A program made the translations under genes and the position numbers. From Cyanophora paradoxa CCMP329 (Eukaryota > Plantae > Glaucophyta), in contig QPMI01000040.1 of assembly GCA_004431415.1 (NCBI GenBank), positions 434,001-498,000 on the forward strand: a DNA stretch of 64,000 nt, in the 5' to 3' direction. A model generated the notes under the pieces. That model searched no databases. It was not told the DNA's origin and saw nothing but the letters and a program-made list of their open reading frames with translations. Below are positions 34,535 through 47,395 of the stretch, in pieces. Position 1 is the first letter of the stretch. Each line of letters opens with the position of its first letter.

Positions 34535-35991
34535 GGCCGCGGCTCCTCGTCGTAGATAGGCGCAGTGCGGGATTAGCTATCGTAGAACTATCGTAGAATG
34601 GAGTTCGGACCCGAATTGGGGGTGCAGCGGCGCGTGCCCGACGACCCGCGTTGCCAAGTTGGGCGCGGCGGACTCATGCCATGCCTTGGTGATGAGCTCG
34701 AGTCAGCGCCTCAGCCTGGCAGTGGCCGGCGCCACTGACGTCGACAGCCGGCGCCTGCGGCCGCGCGCGGCGCCGGCCGCCAGGCGCCGCGGCGCGATCG
34801 CGAGCCCAGCGGCCTCGAGCTCGGCGACGGCTCGCGCGGCCGCCGGCGACGGCGCGCGCGGCCGCCGACGCCGGCGCTCCGAGGCTCAGTACTACTAGGC
34901 TAGTACCGTAGTACCACGGTCCAACGATCATGATCATGATCAGGCCCTGACTCATATGCATGTGCATCATGGCCGGCGCCTACGCGTGATCAGTGAGGTG
35001 CGCTGTCGGCGACGGCAGCTCCGACGCGTACTACGGTACTATGGCCCTGCATGCGCAGCTGATTTCGAGGCGCCCGGCTCGCGCGCGCCGCGGCGCTCCG
35101 CCGGGCCGGATATCGATCCAATTGCAAGGCCGGCGCCGGCGCTGCAGCTGAGGCTCGCGCGCGCCGCGGCGCTGGCCATACACGTGCATGCGCAGCCAGG
35201 CTGGCAAAGTTCCGTCAAATCGAAGAAAAGTTGCTGCCAGCGACGTCCAGCGCTAGCTGAGACGTGTCGGCGCCGTTGCAGCTGCAGCGTGTCGGAGCAG
35301 AACGCGTACTGTCCGGCGGCGGCTGACGTCCGCGTGCCGAGCGCTAGCGCTAGCCGCTGAGCATCGGCGTCGAAACCGGCAAAGCCGAAAGCTCGGGTTC
35401 GAATCAGTCTGGTCTCATTTCCCTGAGAGCTTTTTCGGGCTCAGCATCTGACAGCTTGCAGAGGCGAAGCACGCACGCAGGCCGGCTTCCCAGCAGCTCA
35501 GCAGGAGTTAAGCAGGCGGTCTGAGACTTTAGCGTCGTTTTGGGCAGCCCGCGTGCGCGGCGGTAGCTGGTAGGGCGCAACTTTAGCGCGCGCCAGGCCG
35601 TGGGCCGGCGTTGAAGGGAGAACGCCCCGGTTATATAGCTTAGACATAGCAGCTATGTTCTGGAGTGCAGATGCGACGGTCCCTGGCGATCCCAGCCTAC
35701 CACGTCCCCTTCCGCCTCCGAACGCAAAGAGGTCAACTTGCAGCGCGCTTCGGCCGCTTCGCTTGCCAACCACGCAGCGCAGAGCGCCTCCGAAGCCCGC
35801 CAGAGGGGAGCGCGACATGCCACAGGACCACTGGACGATAGGTGATCATGCCGTGGATAACACCCGCGCGCGTGCTCTGACTCCACGCAGACGAGTGGAC
35901 GGCGGCACCCGTCCCCAAGCCGCGCGCGAAGAAGGGTCCGGGAGGACGCGGCAGCCCGTCGCGCTCGCAGGGCTACTCACCCAAGTCGTCA

Positions 35992-38900
35992 ATGGAGCAC
36001 CTGCCCGCGATTGAGCAGCGCCCGGGGACTTCCGGATCGGGGACCAGCAGCCACAGGAAGATGATGGAAGCCACGCAGTCTTCCCAGGAGCTGTCGCACG
36101 CGCAGTTCGACACGCAGCCGGCGCCGCGGGGCCAGCAGCACCTGTCGGGCGTCGCCGGCGTGAGGCGCATGGCGCGGGAGAAGCGGAAGGAGGAGGAGCG
36201 CAAGAAGCTGCTGCGCGAGGTCGGCTGGAACAGCGGCGCGCCGGTCGTCGAGCGCATCATCCCGCCGTGCGCCCCCGCCCGCTCCCGCGCCGCCTCTCTC
36301 CGCCCCCCGCCGACCGCCCCGCAGGTACGACGCGCGCAACGATCCGTACCTTCCGCGCGCGTATCGCCTCCGGGTGCGCTCGCCTGGCGCCCGCCCGCCC
36401 GCCCGCCCGCCCGCCCGCCCCGCCCCGCCCTGAGAGCGCCCCCGCGCAGCTGCGGCAGCTGCAGCTCCCGATGTCGCCGGAGGAGTCAGTGATGGTGCAC
36501 CACCTGTACACCGTGGCCTCGTCCGAGGCGGCGAAGCAGAAGGCGCGGGTCGGCGAGAAGCTGAAGGAGGGGGACGCCCGGGGCCGCAAGAAGGTGCCGG
36601 CCGGCCTGCCTGCCGCTCCCGCTCGGGGCTCACCGACGCGCCTGCGCGCCGCGCGGCAGCAGGACCACTCGACGTCCTCGCCGGGCAAGTCGTTCCCAGC
36701 GGCGAACAACTCCCCGCCGCACGGCCGCGGCACCCGCTCGCTGCCCGCCCTCCCGCCCGCAGAGGGCCGCAAGGCCCGCCCCCCGCCCGGCCCGGCCCCT
36801 TCGAAACCGTCTCTGAAGCGCGCGCGCAGGCGAGGCAGGGGCCGCCGCAGGACGAAGGCAAGTCGGCGCACGAGTTGCTGGAGGACCTTCTCCGCGAGGT
36901 GGACGAGGCGGAGGCGCCGGCTTCTCCGGCTCCGGCGGCAGCGGCAACGGCGGCGGGCCCGACGGCAGCGGAGGCGGCCGAGGAGGCCGGGCTGACCGAG
37001 GAGGAGCTGAACCGGCGGCTGGCGAAGCTGCAGGCGCGGTTCCGGGGCATCAAGACCCGGAAGGAGTTGGAGGAGCGGGGGGTCCTCCCCCGCCGCGTCT
37101 CGCCCGAGGCCGAGGGCGCCGAGGTCGCAGCCGCGGAGGCCCAGGCGCGCGCCGAGGAGGAGCGCGCGCGGGACGAGATGAAGGAAGAGGCGCGGGCCAT
37201 CCGCGGCGAGTACGACGCCGGCGCCATCGAGAGCGACGAGCTGAACAGGCGGCTCGCCAAGCTCCAGGCGCGGTACAGGGGCTACAAGGCCCGCAAGGAC
37301 CTGGAGGAGCGGGGGATCGTCGTCGCGCCGCGGCGGGCATCCGTGGGCGAGGCGGAGCGCGCCGGCATCGCGGCGGACGCGCGGGCGCTGCACGAGGAGG
37401 CCAAGGCCGGCGACGTCGACGACGCGGAGCTCGGCAGGCGGCTGGCGAAGCTGCAGGCGCGGTACAGGGGCTACAAGACGCGCAAGGAGCTCGAGGGACG
37501 GGGCATGCTCCCCAAGTCGCGCGAGCGGTCCGAGCCGGGGACGGCGGAGCCTCCGGGAGCGGCCGCGCCGGCGGCGCCGGCGCAGGAAGCCGACCCGAAG
37601 AAGGTGGAGAGGGGCGTGGCGAAGCTGCAGGCGATGTACAGGGGCCAGAAGGCCCGCGAGCAGGTGCCGCCGAACCCCCCAACTCAATCGCCTTTTGCTC
37701 TTGCGCCCCTCTGAGGCGACCCTTCCTTCCTTCGCCGCAGGTGCGCAAGAAGCGGGCGGAGGTCAAGCGCGCCAGGGCGCCCCCGCCGAAGCCGCCCGGC
37801 TTCGCCCTCGTCATCGACAAGGTGCCCCCCGAGGGCTGGAAGGTGCGGCCGCGCTCGCTTCCCCCGGCGGCGTGTCCGCCCGCTCCGTCGAACGCGAAGT
37901 CCGACCCCCTCTCCCCCCGCCCCGCAGGAGCCCGAAAAGGTGGACAAGCAGACGCAGGAGAAGCTCGCCAAGAAGATCCAGGCCCTCTACAGGTGGGGAA
38001 TTCCCGATTCTCTAAGCTTGCGAGCTCCGCTCTCTCGCTGAGCTAGCTGACTAACGAGCCGGGCGCCCGGCAGGGGCCACCACACGCGCGCCAAGCTCGG
38101 CAAGGGCCCGCGCAGCCGCGCCGGGAGCGAGGCCTCGACCCAGGCGGAGCCGGCGGCGGCGGCCGCAGCGGCCGCCGCTGCGGCGGAGCTGGCGACGGCG
38201 ACGCCCTCCCAGGCGCGTCGGGCCGGCCCCTCTCCGACTCACCTGAGTCTGAGCCGCCGCCGCCCTCGCAGCGCGGGGACTCGGCGACGAGCGGGGAGGA
38301 CCTGGACAACGTCGACCTGGCGCCGCAGCCGCAGGCGGCGCCGGCGCGGCCGCAGCTGAAGCTGAACCTCGGCGGGTCCGCCGCGCCGGCGCCGGCCCCG
38401 GAGGCCCGCGACAAGTCGGCTGCCAAGGTCCAAGGTGCGCGCGGCGCCGGCCGGCCTGCCGCCCCCGCCGTAAGAAGGCGCCGCCTAACCCAACCGGCGG
38501 GCGGGCAGCGATGTTCCGGGGAGCGAAGACGCGCAAGGAGCTGGGCGCGCGCGGGCTCAAGACCGTCACGCCGCACCAGGCGCACGAGCGGCTCAAGCTC
38601 GACATCGCCGGTTCGCCCGCCCCACCACCGTCCCCTCCCTCCTCCCCGCCCTCCTTCTCACGCCGCCGGGGCGGGCGGGCGAGCAGCGGTGAAGCGGGCG
38701 GAGGAGGAGGTCGTCGAACCGCGCCACGCAGAGGCCGACCTCGACGACGTCCCCCTCGCCGGTTCGAATCCTCCTGGCGCTGTTTCGCCTCTGGCGCTCC
38801 GGCGCTAACGCGGCCCGGCCGCCGCAGCGCCCGCCGAGTCGGTCAGCATGAAGAACAAGAAGGGCATCAAGCTCGACCTCAAGTCGCCCTCCATGAAGAG

Positions 38901-39635
38901 GCCCAAGAGCTCGAAGGAGCTGATGGAGGACCGGTGCGGCACGCGCGCGAGCAGATAGATAGCTTCGCAGCTGCCGCCTGCCTGCCTGCCGTGCCCGGCG
39001 CTCGATCAGCCCGCTCACTGACGGCCGGCGCGAGCAGCGGGGCGCACAGCGAGGCCGAGGGGCACGACCTCGATGACGTCGACCTCGTGCCCTCCGAGGG
39101 TGCGCGCGCTGCGCCGGGCCGCCCCGGGCGCTCCAGGACCGTGCAGCCCTGACGCCCGCCCGCCCGCCCGCTCGGTCGCAGAGGTCGTCGCGGCGTCCGT
39201 GAGCGTGAAGAACAAGAAGGGTATCAAGCTGGACCTCAAGTCGCCCTCCATGAAGAAGCCCAAGAGCTCGAAGGAGCTCCTCGAGGACCGGTGCGCGCCG
39301 CCGCCTCCTCCTCCACGCGCGCGCGCGGCTCACTCACTCGCGGGGCCAGCGCCGCGCACGACGACGAGGGGCGCGAGCTGGACGAGGTGGATCTGGCCGA
39401 GGGCGAGGGCGACGCTCCCAAGAAGAAGCTGGCCCTGAAGGCACCCGCCCCCCCCGCCCTCCCTTCGCGTCGCGCACGCCCTGACCGGCGCTCTGCAGCT
39501 GGACCTGCGGTCGGCGTCGATGAAGCACCCGCCCGTGAGCGTCGGGGAGCTCATCGAGGACCGCGACGCCGCCCACGGGTGCTTTGCTTCTGCTTTCTTT
39601 CTGTCTTCTTCTGCTCGCGCTCAAGCGGCCGGGCA

Positions 39636-39667
<32 letters not shown>

Positions 39668-42017
39668 CACGAGCTCGACGACGTGGACCTCGCCAAGCCG
39701 GACACCAACGCCGGCGCCGCCACGGCCCGCGCCAAGCCGGCGGTCCGGCTGGACCTGGGCGCCGCCAGCTCGACGACCACGGGCGAGCGGGCGGACGCGA
39801 TGCTCGAGAAGCGGCCGGAGGAGATCGAGCGGATGCTCGACGACGTGCCGCTCGCCCCGCCCGAGGCCGGCCCGCCCAAGGAGGCCTCCCACCGCCGCTT
39901 CAAGCTGCAGTTCGGGGGAGCGGCGGGCCCCGAGGGCCCCCGCCCCGAGGAGGAGATCGTGGAGGGCCGGCCGGACCGCGAGCGCGCCGCGACGCGCGTG
40001 CAGTCGATGGTGCGGGGCTACCAGACGCGGAAGCACCTCTCGCAGAAGGGCATCAAGACGACGGCGCCCTCGCTGCGGATCCAGCTGCCGCAGTCCGGCA
40101 CCGTCAAGAAGGAGGAGCTCACGGAGTCGCGCCGCAAGTCGGAGGACTCCGACGCCGACGAGAGCGAAGCGTGCGTGAGCCGCGCGGGGCCGGCGCGGCC
40201 AGACAGCGCCTCTGACGGGGCGGGGCGCCGCGCCGTGCAGGACGACGTCGAGCCGTGGCGTGGCGCCGGCCATGACGCACCGCGCGTGGGGCGGCGGCGG
40301 CGGCGGCGGCGGCGGGGACGACCGGTACGCTGACGGGGCGATGACGGCGCGCGGCGCGCGAAGGAGGCAGCAGGAGGAGGTGCGCGCGGCCTCGCCGCCG
40401 CCGCCTCCGCAGCTCGGCTCATGCCGCGCCCGATCAGGAGGACGAGCTGGAGCGGGAGATCAAGGAGGCGGAGGCGGCGCGCATCCAGGCCATGTTCCGG
40501 GGCGCCCGCGCCCGGGAGGGCCTGCGGAAGAAGGGCCTGAAGGCCAAGGCCCCCGGCGAGGCGAAGAGGGCCGCCCCGCCGGCCCCGGCGGCGCCCGCTG
40601 CGGGCCCCTCCACCTCCTCCGCGTCGCCGGTGCGGTCGGGCTGCCTCGCCGCACCCCGCGCCGGAGCGAGCGAGCGAGCGAGCCGGGGGTCCCGAACGCG
40701 CAGGCCAAGCCGGCGGCCAAGTTCCAGCTCGCCAAGCCGCAGTCCGCCGGCTCGTCGCAGAAGCCGGCGACCAAGTCTGCCCGCTCGGACGTGCGCCGCC
40801 GCCTCTGCCGGCTCCGCCGCCTCTGCCTCTGCCTCCGCTGACCTCTCGTGTAACTCGGCAGGGCAACTCGGCCAAGGGCGGCAAGGGCGGCATTCGCTTC
40901 GCGGGCGGGGACGACGAGAGCGGGGGCAGCAGCGGGTCGGACAGGCGAGCCGCCCCCTCGCTTCGCTTCCTCTCTCGTCCGTCGTCCGCGGGCCTGAACC
41001 CCTTTCGCCGCAGCGAGTCGACCGCGAGCGCCGGCGTGGCGCCGGCCATGACGCACCGCGCGTGGGGCGGCGGCGGCGGCGGCGGCGGGGACGACCGGTA
41101 TGCGGACGGGGCGATGACGGCGCGCGGCGCGCGGAGGAGGCAGCAGGAGGAGGTGCGCGCGGCCTCGCCGCCCACTCATCACACTCGGCTCACGTCGCGC
41201 CCCGCCAGGAGGACGAGCTGGAGCGGGAGATCAAGGAGGCGCAGGCGGCGCGCATCCAGGCCGGCATCCGCGGCTACCTCGAGCGGAAGCGGCTGGAGGA
41301 CAAGGGCGTCGTCACCGTCGCCAAGAAGAAGCGCGAGGCAAAGGCGAAGCAGCCAAAGGCCAAAGGCGAGGGCGGTGCCGGGGCCGGGGCCGGGGGCGAG
41401 GAGGGCGAGGAGGACGACAGTGCGGCGGGGCTGAGCGAGGGCGCGCTGAGCCGGCGCGTCGCCGCGAACAAGTCGTTCTGGCGGCCGGCCGCCAGCGAAG
41501 CGGACCGCGAGGACGACGGCCTCGACGACGACATAAGGTGCCGCCCGCCCGCCGGTTTCGCCGGCGCGGCTGGCTGGCCGCTAGCCCCTCTCAACGTTAA
41601 CGCTCTTGCAGGGAATCCTCCGCCATCCGAATCCAGGCGGCATTCCGCGGCGCCAAGACGCGGGACGGGCTGCGCGCCAAGGGCCACAAGGCGAGGGCGG
41701 CGGGGCGGGGGCCGGCGGCGGCGAGGGCGGCGGTGCCCCTGTCGGCGCACTCGACGAAGCAGCTGGCCAGCACGAGTGGCATCAAGAAGGTGGACCACGA
41801 GGAGGGGCGCATCTCGCACGAGCGGGCGCGCCGCGAGTCGAACGACCTGACGCCCACGCCGGAGATCACGGACAAGATCCGGCGCATCCACGCGGACAGC
41901 GAGTTCGCGGCGACCAAGATCCAGGCGCTCGGGCGCGGCTTCGTCGGGCGGAAGCGCGTGCAGAGAATCAAGGCCGAGCGGGCCAAGGGCAGCGGCGGCG
42001 GGGACCCGGACGCGTAG
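35992..42017 (+). CDS. Large multi-IQ-motif (calmodulin-binding) low-complexity protein, multi-exon
   Basis: Repeated IQ motifs LAKLQARFRGIKTRK, LQARYRGYKARK, LQAMYRGQKAR, VQSMVRGYQTRK, IQAMFRGARAR, IQAGIRGYLERK, IQALGRGFVGRK. Confidence 0.82.
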
Positions 42018-43079
42018 CGTAGCGCGCTCGGCGCTGGGCCCGGGGGCGCTGCCCCCCGCGGCCCTTGATGCGCCGGACCTTCTTAGAGCCGAGGAGGGAA
42101 GGGCTGCGGCGCGGCCTCCCGCGCCCGTATCGTAGTAGTATTCGCTGGCACTGCTATAGCTAGCTAGCCCTATCTTTAGTGCGAAATCGATGATGATCTA
42201 TCGATGTCGATGAGGACGCAGCAGATCCCAGAAACGATCACCATGGCATGGTATCTTAGACGGGTGGCCCGTACGCGTGGTCGCCGGGCAGGCGCCGGCT
42301 CTCGGAGGCTAGCGCTCTAGCTCACTGTCATGATCAGTACTACTACTAGTGATGCATCTTTTAATTTCTAGTTGATCTATAAGCTTACTAAGTTAAGCCG
42401 TGAAGAAGCCCAGTTGTAGCCTAGTAGCGCCCAGATTGAAGTGGCAAAGTGAAGGATGCCGACCATCGACGTTGATATCGATCATGATACGTAGTACTAT
42501 GATATTCAAATTGTTCCCGGTCCCACAGTGCGACTGTTGAGCCTCGGAGGCAATTAATGTTGATCATGATCATGATATAGAAATCAGACATCGATTTTGA
42601 GCCCCATATGCATATGCATAGGCCTAGCCTTCAAAAGCTTGGCTTCTAAACAGTAGCCTTGCATATCTGAGCTTGAGCTTGAGCTCGAGTACGGGCTAGG
42701 ATGCATGTGCTCATGATCATCGCATCCTAGCCCCGCAGCTCGCTGTTCATGGTAATTGAATGAGGACGTCGACAACGAACAAGCACACTCATGATCAGTG
42801 ACTACAAGATAGTTCTATAGCTGTTGGCTGTGTTAACGTTCATGATCGCATACATGTGCATCGTTCGCAAGGAGTCACAATCGCTCACCGTGGCGCCGTG
42901 GCACTGGCGATTGTTTAAAGTGTCTACGTCGAAAACTTGAAATGCAAAGTGTGCACTCTACAAATTAGATCGGCGAGAAAAGCTTGAAAAGCCTCTCGAG
43001 CTCGCCCGAAAGACTGCTGTGACGATTCGAAATCGCGAACGAAGGGTCCGTACATGTACAAGCACCGGCCGCGGGCCGC

Positions 43080-45081
43080 CTACAGAAAGGGGATGCACTT
43101 GTAGACCCAGGAGAGGGCCTGGACGCCCGCCCCGCGCTCCGCGGCGGCCAGGCGGGCCGAGTCCAGCAGGCACAACTCGATCATGCTGGGTCGAGGGAGG
43201 TGAGCGTCGGCCGGTGAAAGACGCGTGCGCGAGAGCGTAAGATTTAGCGCGAGCTCGCCGCACCAGGCTGCCGAGGAGGACAGGACCGCCGAGGAGAGCG
43301 AGGCCGGCGCCTGCTCCTCGTAGGACGAGTAGGCCAGGGACGCCACCGCGAGGCAGGCCGCGGCGGCCGCCGCCCCCGGCAGCGTCTGCGCTCCGTTTGG
43401 GAGAGGCGCGCGGGAGGCGGGAAAGGCGGCCGCTCCGGGTGGGGCCCGGGGTTGGGGGGTGGGGGGTACCTGAAAGAGGAAGGCGGGGTCGGCCTTGCGC
43501 CAGAGCGTCGCGAGGTAATCGGCGCAGGGGGCCTGCGGGGGTACGTCAAGTGTGGGCGGATGGTGAGGGAGGGGTCGAGCGCGCCTTGCCGCAGGCGCCG
43601 GACGACTCCATCAGGACGTACGACGCGGCAGCCACGGAGAGAGCGGCGAGGGCGAGGGCGAGGACGAGCGAGAGCGGCGCCCTGCGGAGGGGCGAGGAAT
43701 CAACGGGGCGGGGGGGGTGGGGGGAGGAGTGGGGGAGGGGATGGAGGGGACGCCGGGGGGTAGACCCACCGAAGGACGCGGGGGAGGATGCGCCCCAGCG
43801 AGGTGGTTCGCCTGGTTGGGGGGGGTACGTGGTTGGGGATGGGGATGGGGGTACGACGGGTGGGGGTAGGGGATCAACCGCACCAGCGGCGGAGGATGAT
43901 TGAGGAGAAGGTGAGGTGACTCGCCAACGCGAGGAACAGCGGCGCCGCGGCCGCGAGGGGTACCTGCGCCGCTCTTAGAGGAAGACGAGGGGGGGGGAAA
44001 GACAGGGCGGGGTACCCCGTTGAGGCGGACGGAGAGGGAAGTGAGGCTGACGTTGGGGGCGAGGGGCGTCTTGAGGTAGTGCCAATAGTAGCTCAGGGCT
44101 GCGCCCCAGCCGGTCAGTCCTCGGCGTCGGTACCCCCCCCCCGTTGGATCGATGTACCCAGGAACGTGTGCGTGGCGATCCACGCGAAGGCCTTGAGCGC
44201 GTGCCGGTCCCGAAGCGCGAGCTTCCGGTCCGGCTGGGGAGGGGTACCGTGAGCGGGGGGCGGGGGGGGCACGACGCCCGCGCGGGCGTACCCCGGAGGG
44301 GAAGAGCAGCGGGACGAGGAGGGCGGGGGCGGCCGCAAGGGCCCCCACCAGGGCGAGCTCGCGCTCCCCTCGGAGGAGCTCCTGAGGACGCGGGTTCGAG
44401 TCCGGACGGGGCCGGACGGGCGCGCGCTGGGCGCGCGCACTTTGGTTGCGGCGGGGTTGGTCAGGGGCGCCGCAAGAAAGGCGACCCACGCGAAGCTCAG
44501 CACCCTGCGAGGTTTCAGTGCCGGGCGGCCGGGCGGGGGCTGGCGGGCGTCACGGCGCACAGGTACAGCTTCTCGCTAGCGCGCTTCGAGGGGCGCGCGG
44601 CGAGCCACGACGCGCGCTCCTCCGTCGGCCTGGGCGGACTCGTCTCGGCGCGGCGAGGAGGACGCGCACGCGGCACCGAAAGCGAGCGGACCTGATGGAT
44701 CCCTCGCGCCGGAACGAGCTCGTCCAGATCTTCTCCGCCGCGGAGGCGTCGCCCGCCTCGGCCGCGCGCTTCTTCCTCAGCTCGTCAACCGCCTTCAGGA
44801 CAAGCAGGCGATCCTGCAGCAGGTCTGCTCGACGGGCTCAAGGTCAGAAAGAAGGGCAGGCACAGTGGCCAGCGGTCACGCGCCGAAGCCCAGTTCTTTC
44901 AGGGAGGAGTGGTCGAGGGCCAGGAAAGCCTCCTCATCCGGGACGGCGCGCGCGAAGCTCTCCTGCAGAGCTCGAGCTCGGGCCGAGAGCTCGAGGTCCT
45001 GCGCCACAGGCGGTCATCAGCCAGCAATCGCCTGCGGACGCGGGGTTGCGAGCGCGCCTGGAGCCACCGCAGCGGATCCAT
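43080..45081 (-). CDS. SAM domain fused to a divergent cycloeucalenol cycloisomerase (CPI1)-like membrane domain, multi-exon
   Basis: Spliced N-terminus MDPLRWLQ|DLELSA...F...VPDEEAFLALDHSSLKELGF|DLLQDRLLVLKAVDELR (SAM pattern). Then WLAARPSKRASEKLYL..W, ALAAAPALLVPLLF, PDRKLALRDRHALKAFAWI, SYYWHYL, RLNGVP, SSIILRR, SMIELCLLDSARL, colinear with plant CPI1 as recalled. Confidence 0.75.
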
Positions 45082-45563
45082 GGGCGCGCTACGGCCCTGC
45101 AGCGAGTGCTCTGCTCGGCTCCTGGCTGAATCTTGGCAGCCGAATTGAGAATCGATGCTCGCGGTTCGAGTGGATGTTCAGTACTAGTCTGTGCCCGGCT
45201 TGTGCAGCCGGTGATGAGAATGCGGAGGAGCAGCCGGCTTTACGACCTTTTGTGATAAAAATGTGTACCCCCTAGCCCGCACTCGCATCGTCGGCGTGTA
45301 CATGTTGTAGTTGGTTGCGCGAGCGGCGGCGACCGACTGAAGTGCGATGGGTATTCGCGAAGTCCGGATCGGCCCGGCCCGCCGCGGCTCAAGCTCCTAG
45401 CTAGGCCTCACGATATCGATCAGATCTGCAGAGGAACGTACATAATAGTACTAGTACTAGTACGTATACGTATACTAGCACGCCGGCGGCCTCGATCTGC
45501 TGGCCATATACAAGCGAGTCCCTGCGGAGCAGGAGTGGCCTTGGGATCTTGGGGCTTCAAGGC

Positions 45564-45564
<1 letters not shown>

Positions 45565-45652
<88 letters not shown>
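45565..45652. repeat. (TA)n microsatellite, ~44 units
   Basis: Directly visible. Confidence 0.97.
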
Positions 45653-45653
<1 letters not shown>

Positions 45654-47164
45654 GTACGCGTGAGAGTGGCCGCGCTTTGTTTTTTAATCGGGGCCTCGGC
45701 GCCGGCGCCCGGCGGCCAGCTAATATAAGCTTAAGCTTAACCTCCAGCCTGGCAGGCGGGGCGGGGCGGGACTCCGGACGGGGGAGGGGCGGCCGCGCGC
45801 GGGCCGGGCCTGGGGGGCTGGTCGGGGGCCTCCAGGATATCGATATATAGTGCCTGATATGTATAGAGGAGTTGGACCTTGCACCGGCAACGGCACCTGG
45901 GAGCCGCCTGCGCCGCCAGGGCTGAGGCCCCGCTGTTCAACGGTTTAGCTCTAGAAGGCGTCGGGCAGGAGAGAGACTCGCGAACCAAGCGGAGGCCCAG
46001 GGAGGGCCGCCGCTGCTTCGAATTCCCGGCCGCCTTCTCCGCGAATTCGAATGCGCCGCGGTTCAGCTGCAGGTCTCCTGCGCTCGCCCCGCCGCGTCGC
46101 GCGAGGCGCGGCGCTGAAGGGCGGGGAGGCGCGCACCAAGCGGGGAATTCAGCTGCTTTTCGACTGGCTCCGCCGCGAACGCGCCGGACGCCACTGTACA
46201 TGTTCGAATTCAGGTCTCGATCGATATCTCCTGCGCATGCGCAAGGGCAGGGCCGGGACGCGCGCACCACTCGGAGGGAGCTCCGCCGCTGCTTCGAATT
46301 CCCGGCTGCCGTGCACCGTGGCACGTGTCCGCGCGCTCTCACGTGCACCCTGTAGCGCGGCGCAACCGCGCGCGCGCGCAGCTGCAGATCATCGGATGGC
46401 GGCCCGCGGGCTCTTGAACTTGCATGTGCGAATACGATATCGATGGCTGCCCGGCCGCGGCCGCGGGCTCTTGAACTTGGCGCGGTTGCAGAGCTGCTAA
46501 CCGCAAGTGCGCGCCCGCTACGTCCAGCTTAAAATTGCAAGGGGGGGTCAGCTGCTCAAACCCCCCTTGCTACCCGTCGGATTGTCTGTCACGCTGTCCA
46601 AGTCGGCCAGTTTGCAAGTCGGTCTTTTTTCCGTCGGCGATAAGTCTTTTTGTTGTACCCCGCTGTGGATAAGGCCAGCGCCGCTGGACGTCTCTTTTTG
46701 CTGTATCCCGCGCAAGGCTCCTTGCCGCCCGACGACTTACCGCGATGTGCCAGCCTGCATGCGCAGCTGCACTGCACTGCGGCAGCATGCACTGCTTGTA
46801 GAGCGCAGCTAAGCCTTGAAGCATAATCGCGCCGCGCGCCGCCCGCCGCGCCTCCGCGCGCGGCCGGCCGCGGGGCGTCGCGCCCCGCGCGCGCTCCGCT
46901 CTGCCGGCGCGCGAGCCGCGCGCGCCACCGCACTCGAGCTCCCGTGTCCGACGGTCCCCGCGCCTGGCCCGCGCGGCACTAGCTGCTCGGCTAACCCGCG
47001 GCCGGCCCAGGCGCGGGACGCGGGAGTGCGGAGCGGCCGGCTGCGCGACGCGAGGCCGGCGCCATGCATATGACGGGCGGGGCGGTCGGCAGCGGTCGGC
47101 GCGGCTCGCCAAGCGGGACGGAGCCTCGGAGGCGCGACGCGCGCGTGGCAGCTCAGCTAATGAT

Positions 47165-47395
47165 CGGCCGGCCGGCGGCGCGGCTCGGCCGGCCGGCGGC
47201 GCGGCTCGGCAGGCGGCGGCGCGGCTCGGCGGGCGGCGGCACGGCTCGGCAGGCGGCGGCGCTGCTCGGCAGGCGGCGGCGCGGCTCGGCAGGCGGCGGC
47301 GCGGCTCGGCAGGCGGCGGCGCAGCTCGGCAGGCGGCGGCGCGGCTCGGCAGCTGCAGGCGGCGGCGCGGCTCGGCAGGCGGCGGCGCAGCTCTC
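47165..47395. repeat. GC-rich ~18-21-bp minisatellite (CGGCTCGGCAGGCGGCGGCG-like)
   Basis: About 10 imperfect copies visible. Confidence 0.85.

Noticed and set aside
43080-43346. Class 3 lipase-like 'ASLAY' motif
   Set aside because: No GxSxG motif; the segment aligns better as the CPI1-like C-terminus.
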